IMG/VR virus record: IMGVR_UViG_3300030095_004245
Span: 1-59,823 of that record
Strand: one strand, 5' to 3'
Length of the DNA: 59,823 bases
From: a virus
Taxonomy: Duplodnaviria; Caudoviricetes
The position numbers and the translations under genes were made by a program. The notes under the pieces were generated by a model. It searched no databases. It saw only the letters and a program-made list of their open reading frames with translations, and had not been told where the DNA came from. The number at the start of each line of letters is the position of its first letter. Positions within the stretch are counted from its first letter, which is position 1. This document shows positions 54,115-59,823 of this stretch, piece by piece.

Positions 54115-57100
54115 CTAGCCTTGGGCTGCCCAGTCATTACTAACTACAATGTCTCCTGGAGGGATAGGTAGTCCATCTATCTCGGCGTACATGCACTCAT
54201 GGATTATCTTCTGCGCTTCTTCTGCCCGGTCTTCAGGTACGTATAGGGCTAGTTGATCGTGTACTTGCAGGAAAAGCCCTGTCCATCGGGACCAGCAGCC
54301 GTGTGGGATGCGTTGGTCTACTTTGATGACTGCGTCATTCATAATTGATGCCGCTCGTCCTTGGATTGTGTGGTTTGGTGGGGCATTTTTCTTGTTAGGA
54401 CCTCCAGGGAAGAATCTTTTACGGAAGTGTCCTCCTTCTGCTACCCATCCTTGCTCTCTAACGACACGCCCTATGCGGTTTTGCCATGCTTTTGTCTCAG
54501 GATGTAGTTGATGCCAACGCTTGTACCAAACACTTACCTTTTTAGGGGTTAGATCCTTGAAGACCTTCTCTCCGGTAATCTTATCCCTTTGATTCGCCAT
54601 GGTCTCGAACAGTGTTTCTTCTTCACCGCCGTATGTTACGAGGTACACGAAGCCTTTAGCGATAGTTCTGATGTATTTCTTCTTGCCTTTGGGCATATCC
54701 CTGATGCGTCGGTAGCAAGCCATCAAGTCTTCGTCGTCTCCTTTGAATAGTACAGCCGCATTCAACGCATGAGGATCTAATAAGTCTCCCTTCTCGTCTT
54801 TATCCTTGAATGCCTTTAGAAGAAGCTCATCCTTAGCGAGTGCGGCATAGATTCGTAGCTCTACCTGTTCATAGTCAGCACCTACGATGACGTGTCCAGG
54901 TGGAGCAACTACCATTGACCGCATGTTCACTACGACTGGTTTGCCTGTCTTTTGATCTATAGGTCCACGAACACGGGAACTCCAGTTCTGGACATTAGGA
55001 GAGCTGGCTAGTCTGCCGGACGGAACAACGTGCAATTTGTATGTAGTATTGAGCAAGGAGTAGCGTGGTCGCTTCTCATGAATGACTTTGCCATCGACGA
55101 TAACCTCGTCGGCGCTCTCGCCGTTATCTAAGTCCGCTACGTATCTTACTTTGAGGTTATCTATAAAACCTCCTCGTGTTTTTTCGCAGGCGTTGAACTC
55201 GATAAGAGTGTTTATGGCCTTTTCGGTCGTCTCATCTACTCCTCGATCTAGTAGACGGATAAGAGCTGGGGTTGATACCGAGTAAGAATCACCTTCTTCC
55301 CACTCTCTTCCTGCAGTATTCAGTACAGGCTCATAGCCTAGTTCTTCATAGAGCCATTTACCTAGCTGCTGCTTGCTTCTGATGTTGAACTCTTTGCCTG
55401 AGATGTCAGTGAACTTCTTTCTAAGGTCTAGACATAGTTGATTGAACATTAGTGACAATTCACCACGCCTATTCTCATCTACAACTAAGCCTAGGTCTCC
55501 TGCATCCCTCATAACTGGTGCAAGTTTCGAGTCTACTTCATACTGCTGCCGGGTTCCGCAGTTCATGATTCTCTCTGCGATATGGGGCCATGTTCTGCCC
55601 GTTGTCAGTACATCACGTCCGCAGTTGCTCACTAATCCGAAGGGTGTAAAGAAGTTATGATTACCTTCGACGGTGATGCACCAACGTGACTGTCTATCGA
55701 ATCGTTTTGTAGCTGGAGGTATCGACCAGAAGGTGGAACTTACAACCGTAGCCTCAGTAACTTCGCCCTTTCGGTGCTGGAATAGCGTATCACCTCGGAT
55801 GACTTCGATTGCAGGTATAAGTCCGCGTGTAGTGTAGACTTCATGGTCGTGCGTAGTGATAAGACCCCGAGTGCCCTTCTTGTCTTGGTCTGTTTTTATC
55901 TGCCACCATTGGTTAGTGGAAGACTTTGTCTTATGCCAGCCGGTTATCTTCTTGGCTTCAATTTCTCCTGAGTAGTTCAGGGAGAGAACTTCGGTTTCTA
56001 ATTTGTTTATGACAATCTTGTCGATGGACATAGACTTTCCGTTAGCTAGTAGGACAGGTGTCCCACGGAACAGGCAATACTCATGTAGGTCATGATCTTT
56101 CTCGACGTTTGTTGATACCTTATGGTCTACATCTTTCTTCCATAGAGGGACCTCAAGCCAGCGTGATGCTACAAAGCCTAGTGTGTGTGGCTGATCGTTG
56201 CCGTCTGTGTCATGGTGGCCGATCATCGTATCTCTTACAGCCTTGCGGGAGTGATCCCACATTCCTTGATGCTTGAGTACTAAACTGTCGAAGCCTATGA
56301 AGTTGTGGCCAATTATATGACACTCATTCAGTACCCTTTTGCAGATGTCTTTTACTATCGACCTATCTCTGTCACCGCGCCAGTACTCTGCACCTGAGCG
56401 CCACTTGAATGGTACGACGATGACAACTTCATGCCCTTCAATGACTGAGTAAAATCCTATGCATCGTATATTGCATTCTTGTGGAACTATTCCGTCTGTT
56501 TCGATGTCTACGGTAACTCTGCAAGTGTCAGCGTACTGTAGGAACTTACCAAGAGTCTCTTCGATCTCATCAACTGTAGGAAATAAGATGAATGGTGGTT
56601 CGTCCCAGTCTATTTTGTGTCCTCGCATGGCAATACGCGCACCACGAGCAATATCATCTCGAATAACATTCTTGTATTCTCGATGTCCTCTAGATGCGAA
56701 CGAAGGGTGTAAAGAGCTACATAAAATTCTTCCATCTTCTAGCTGTATCGGCGCACCGTGTTGATTCTTTATGCTTGCTACAACAACCTCTCCCTTGACG
56801 TCCTTGCCAGATGCATATCTGAGGCCCTCACGTGCAGCTAGACCTCTTAATGCGTATCCTCCTACAGCTAGTAAGGTAGTTGCGCCTGCATCTTGAAGAT
56901 CTTTTTCTAGTCTGGGCGCACAACATAAGATTGGAGAGGCTGCGTTAGGATCTTTCGCTACTTTCAGTAGGTATTCAGTGAGGGACATGTTGTCCGGTGG
57001 CTGACAGAGTAATGTGTTTGTGATGGTGCAGTGGTCACGACGCATACCGCCTATTTCTAATGCGGCATCAAGTTCCCTACCTGGATATCCACCAAAGACA

Positions 57101-57321
57101 CGTCCCTCTTGTATGTCATGTTTGTTTGGAGCTTCACCTACGATAGCGAGAGGAGATTTAGGGACAATAGTGCCCATAACTGGACCTCTTTTACACCCGT
57201 ACAAGGGACACTCTTCACACTTAGCTCCACGAGAGATAGCCCGGTCGTGAGCCTGGTCTTTTGTCCATACAGTTATGTCTTTGTCGAAGAGTCGAGGCAT
57301 GATAAATGCGAGGCTTCCCAC
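54115..57321 (-). CDS. polA: Family A DNA polymerase with N-terminal family-4-like uracil-DNA glycosylase domain, 3'-5' exonuclease and intein
   Basis: UDG: CEECPL, GEAP, TN..CQPP, CC and LHPS. Exonuclease: DIET, HN...FD, Y|CGRD. Polymerase: SGRLAS.PNVQN, DYEQVELR, R..AK...Y...YG and VHDQ. Confidence 0.95.
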   Translation of the reverse strand: MGSLAFIMPRLFDKDITVWTKDQAHDRAISRGAKCEECPLYGCKRGPVMGTIVPKSPLAIVGEAPNKHDIQEGRVFGGYPGRELDAALEIGGMRRDHCTITNTLLCQPPDNMSLTEYLLKVAKDPNAASPILCCAPRLEKDLQDAGATTLLAVGGYALRGLAAREGLRYASGKDVKGEVVVASIKNQHGAPIQLEDGRILCSSLHPSFASRGHREYKNVIRDDIARGARIAMRGHKIDWDEPPFILFPTVDEIEETLGKFLQYADTCRVTVDIETDGIVPQECNIRCIGFYSVIEGHEVVIVVPFKWRSGAEYWRGDRDRSIVKDICKRVLNECHIIGHNFIGFDSLVLKHQGMWDHSRKAVRDTMIGHHDTDGNDQPHTLGFVASRWLEVPLWKKDVDHKVSTNVEKDHDLHEYCLFRGTPVLLANGKSMSIDKIVINKLETEVLSLNYSGEIEAKKITGWHKTKSSTNQWWQIKTDQDKKGTRGLITTHDHEVYTTRGLIPAIEVIRGDTLFQHRKGEVTEATVVSSTFWSIPPATKRFDRQSRWCITVEGNHNFFTPFGLVSNCGRDVLTTGRTWPHIAERIMNCGTRQQYEVDSKLAPVMRDAGDLGLVVDENRRGELSLMFNQLCLDLRKKFTDISGKEFNIRSKQQLGKWLYEELGYEPVLNTAGREWEEGDSYSVSTPALIRLLDRGVDETTEKAINTLIEFNACEKTRGGFIDNLKVRYVADLDNGESADEVIVDGKVIHEKRPRYSLLNTTYKLHVVPSGRLASSPNVQNWSSRVRGPIDQKTGKPVVVNMRSMVVAPPGHVIVGADYEQVELRIYAALAKDELLLKAFKDKDEKGDLLDPHALNAAVLFKGDDEDLMACYRRIRDMPKGKKKYIRTIAKGFVYLVTYGGEEETLFETMANQRDKITGEKVFKDLTPKKVSVWYKRWHQLHPETKAWQNRIGRVVREQGWVAEGGHFRKRFFPGGPNKKNAPPNHTIQGRAASIMNDAVIKVDQRIPHGCWSRWTGLFLQVHDQLALYVPEDRAEEAQKIIHECMYAEIDGLPIPPGDIVVSNDWAAQG
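55624..56076 (-). mobile_element. Mini-intein (151 aa, no homing endonuclease) in the ExoIII motif of the polymerase
   Basis: Starts CLFRGTPVLLANG, block B TTHDH, ends ITVEGNHNFF....VSN with +1 Cys. Excision restores HEY-CGRDV. Confidence 0.92.
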
Positions 57322-57387
57322 CTCGCTGGTGCTGCACTATGAAATACTCAGTTAGGCGCTGCACTCACACCTAAAAATGGTTCCCCT

Positions 57388-57984
57388 CTAGAGTAGTGGG
57401 TTTCCGGCAGACGGAGCAGTAGATACAACACCAGTGGTGATCGGTGCTGCGGTAGCTACTGTCGCTCCGTTTTGTTTGCCTGCTCCTGCAGCTGCGGGAA
57501 GCGGAGTGCGGTGCGCTCCTACTGCCTTTTGGTCTTCATAACGTTGCTTGCTTACCCAATAGCCAATCTTGGATGACCAACGTCCGTTATACTCGTCTGC
57601 CTCACAATGAACATAGGCTTCGCGACCCGTAAGTAAGCTACATACTTCGGTGATGTCCATGCTTTCGCCTTCGAGCTTTGCAAATTGTTCTTGAGTAGTA
57701 CCGGCAGAATCCAATACTTCCCAGAGACGTTTAGCATTAGGCTCTCCGTTCTTGTTGTTGCCAGCATAAGGCACCCAACTCTTTACAGTGATGCCTTTGT
57801 TGTCTTCGTCCTGAATGACACAGATAAATGCCACCTGTGCGTTTCCTTGCTTACTAATGCCGGGAGTCGCAGAGCTAATTGTGACTAGGTAGTCACCGTT
57901 ATGGCTAAGCAAACCGCTAGCACTTCCGCCAGAGCGGGCTTTGAATGTTGAGATTCCAGTGAAATCTAATGGGGGTAATGACAT
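57388..57984 (-). CDS. Putative single-stranded DNA-binding protein (DUF669-like)
   Basis: GDY.V.I......SKQGN pattern, L.GR...V....DEYNG and a low-complexity tail; strong SD AAGGAG; follows the AAA ATPase. Confidence 0.65.
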   Translation of the reverse strand: MSLPPLDFTGISTFKARSGGSASGLLSHNGDYLVTISSATPGISKQGNAQVAFICVIQDEDNKGITVKSWVPYAGNNKNGEPNAKRLWEVLDSAGTTQEQFAKLEGESMDITEVCSLLTGREAYVHCEADEYNGRWSSKIGYWVSKQRYEDQKAVGAHRTPLPAAAGAGKQNGATVATAAPITTGVVSTAPSAGNPLL

Positions 57985-58101
57985 GTTGATGTCTCCTTTT
58001 CATATTACTTGGTCCAAGTCGGGAGTTAAAATTTCACCCGAGTAATGCCCGACTTTGTTGCATCCCTCAGATTGATTGTCAAGCAGGCGCTAGCGATTGC
58101 T

Positions 58102-59007
58102 TTACGAAAGTCTATAGCCTGCCTTAATAAGTAAGTCACGTAGGTTGGTTTGCTCTTCTGGGTCCACATTGAACGATCTGATTTTGCTGTCCCAGTCTTT
58201 ACTGATCTGTGTTTGCCAGATCCGTTTAGGTCCATCGAACCCTGGCTTGACAACGCCTCGTAGTAAAATGTCACAGATGCCAGACAAGGCTCCACGTATG
58301 CTTCCACTAGGTAAAGAGGGTCCACCAACATACTGCAACTGTCCAGCTGTAGGCGAGCCTTCTCTATCGTCATACTTAGGAGCCCGTTCATGGCATAGGA
58401 ACCCCATAAAGCAGTCAGCTCCACGAGGAACCTGGAATAACCATCGCAGATAATCCTCTAGATTAGACCACACAGCAAAGCCGCCTTTGATTGCGGGGTC
58501 TTCTTCCATCTCTGCATGAAACCTGCGAGCGAATTCAGTTCCTTCATCAAACACGAGACCGTTGTAAGGGCACGTGCCTTCTTGTCGAGCTGAGCTGAAT
58601 CGATAGACTATCTCTTTGATTAGAGTTCGGTTATCTACTCGTGTCTTATTGTCTGGCATGTACTCTGGGATAACCTTCATTGCCATTCCGCCATCTTCCC
58701 ATGCTCGCATCTCTGGTAGGTATGCTAGAGTGCCAGACTTCTGCTTCGGCTTCCATTTAGGGTTGGGCTTTTGCAACGTGCGGAGTTCGAGTTTCTCTAC
58801 CTCTTCGCGGTTTTGCATACACCAATGCGCATATGGGCGAAGTGTTCCTTTGTTTGTTACCAGCCAAAGCGCATCGCTAAAGCATTGAGCGAGTTGTGTA
58901 GTCTTTCCAAAGCCTGGACGTGCGTAGAGTACACAGCAAGGCGGATCTGCTAGCATTGTTCCTGTGTCGGTTAGTGTGATACCCAAACCATCTTTTCCTT
59001 TTGTCAT
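58102..59007 (-). CDS. AAA_24/Sak4-like ATPase
   Basis: Walker A YARPGFGKT, Walker B LVFDE, CHE and GP.LP......L...CD. Confidence 0.8.
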   Translation of the reverse strand: MTKGKDGLGITLTDTGTMLADPPCCVLYARPGFGKTTQLAQCFSDALWLVTNKGTLRPYAHWCMQNREEVEKLELRTLQKPNPKWKPKQKSGTLAYLPEMRAWEDGGMAMKVIPEYMPDNKTRVDNRTLIKEIVYRFSSARQEGTCPYNGLVFDEGTEFARRFHAEMEEDPAIKGGFAVWSNLEDYLRWLFQVPRGADCFMGFLCHERAPKYDDREGSPTAGQLQYVGGPSLPSGSIRGALSGICDILLRGVVKPGFDGPKRIWQTQISKDWDSKIRSFNVDPEEQTNLRDLLIKAGYRLS

Positions 59008-59822
59008 TATTTCCCTCCAAGTTGAACGTATTCTGTATCTAATAGCGAGCTTTGTATTCTCGCTGTGTCTGCACTACATACACTGAAGAAGTCACAAGGA
59101 CCCCATCGGCTGTAGCATTGATTATAGTTAGGACGTGGCTTCTCGCCCGCCTCGATTCTCTTCTTTATGTCGCGCTCCCTTAGTGTTGCGTCGGCTATCA
59201 TATATCTCGCCTTGTCATATGCAATAGGCGATAGTTGTAAAGTTTGTCGGTCAAAGTCATATGGGGTCGAGCGCTTCAGTCTCTGAATGGCGAACCCTGC
59301 GACAGGTCTATCGATACAACTACGAATAATCCAAAGGTTTTGAAATACTTGTGGAGACATAGTGTACTCAGAGCCACTGCCCCAGGAGTTGAGTCTGCCT
59401 GTCCTACTGTTCCCACTACTGGTTTTGTGATCTACCACCCACACTCGTCCACCCCACTCACAAACAAGGTCTACCTTACAGGTGACTACTTCATCCTTCA
59501 CTGGCTCAATCCACTCAGGCATTTCCTCGTGCTTGAAGAAGCTCCCTATAGAAGCCTTGAACTCATTCTCTACGTATAGAGGTATCCAGCTATCGCCTGC
59601 GTACCTCATCTTGAATGCCTCAAAGCAGTCCTTTGCCTGCCTAATCATTTCTGGATTGCCCTCGCCTTCACGCTCAAGGTTCTCCTCCATAGTTTCATCG
59701 AGGGACCATTGAGGTGGCTCATCCATAAGCGATGCAAAGTAATGCGCTAGGCATGTATGTACAAGAGTCCCTAGTAACTGCCACGGTTTGCTGGCTACAG
59801 GGCGTAGTCGCTGATGATACCT
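59007..59822 (-). CDS. PD-(D/E)XK (Cas4/RecB-like) exonuclease, 5'-truncated at window edge
   Basis: The frame is open to the window end (…LLGTLVHTCL…); VE, KVDLV, VVDHKTS, Q...W and C-terminal C.....CDF...C. Confidence 0.85.
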   Translation of the reverse strand, partial: RYHQRLRPVASKPWQLLGTLVHTCLAHYFASLMDEPPQWSLDETMEENLEREGEGNPEMIRQAKDCFEAFKMRYAGDSWIPLYVENEFKASIGSFFKHEEMPEWIEPVKDEVVTCKVDLVCEWGGRVWVVDHKTSSGNSRTGRLNSWGSGSEYTMSPQVFQNLWIIRSCIDRPVAGFAIQRLKRSTPYDFDRQTLQLSPIAYDKARYMIADATLRERDIKKRIEAGEKPRPNYNQCYSRWGPCDFFSVCSADTARIQSSLLDTEYVQLGGK

Positions 59823-59823
59823 T

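Noticed and set aside
58026-58424. 132-aa same-strand ORF overlapping the AAA ATPase
   Set aside because: Out-of-frame overlap with no recognisable features.
59007-59822. Cas4-like nuclease as evidence of a CRISPR system
   Set aside because: No repeat-spacer array or other cas genes; its neighbours (AAA ATPase, SSB-like) form a standard phage recombination module.
1-59823. Stop-codon reassignment, tRNA genes, diversity-generating retroelement or group I/II introns
   Set aside because: Genes are intact and densely packed under the standard code. I saw no cloverleaf, reverse transcriptase, template/variable repeat pair or interrupted gene other than the intein; short or divergent elements could be missed by eye.

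Overview
This 59.8-kb window is an internal segment of a contractile-tailed dsDNA phage genome, with genes cut at both edges, about 50% GC by eye and the standard genetic code. I saw no host genes, rRNA, tRNA or CRISPR array. The + strand (1-44.8 kb) is a SPO1/Herelleviridae-like morphogenesis region: terminase large subunit, a modular head protein, portal, a MuF-like multidomain protein, a Com-like zinc finger with a structured leader, prohead protease, scaffold, major capsid protein, decoration/fibre proteins, neck, sheath, tube, +1-frameshifted tail chaperone, tape measure, baseplate, fibres and holin/spanin-like genes. A seven-gene glycosyltransferase/deacetylase/GNAT-like/methyltransferase cassette interrupts it at 15.9-22.1 kb. 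The - strand (44.8-59.8 kb) carries an endolysin, a putative small terminase, a serine recombinase, a Cys-repeat/vWA lipoprotein, a metallophosphoesterase, a Dam methylase fused in frame to a Rad50/SbcC-like ATPase, a UDG-fused family A DNA polymerase with a mini-intein, an SSB-like protein, an AAA ATPase and a PD-(D/E)XK nuclease. The best candidates for new biology are the Dam-Rad50 fusion (with a neighbouring nuclease-fold gene and a RAMA-like domain on a head protein), the glycosylation cassette, protease-punctuated head polyproteins, a C-rich anti-Shine-Dalgarno hairpin, and the myxobacterial-type surface lipoprotein. All family assignments come from motif recognition by eye; no database searches were run.
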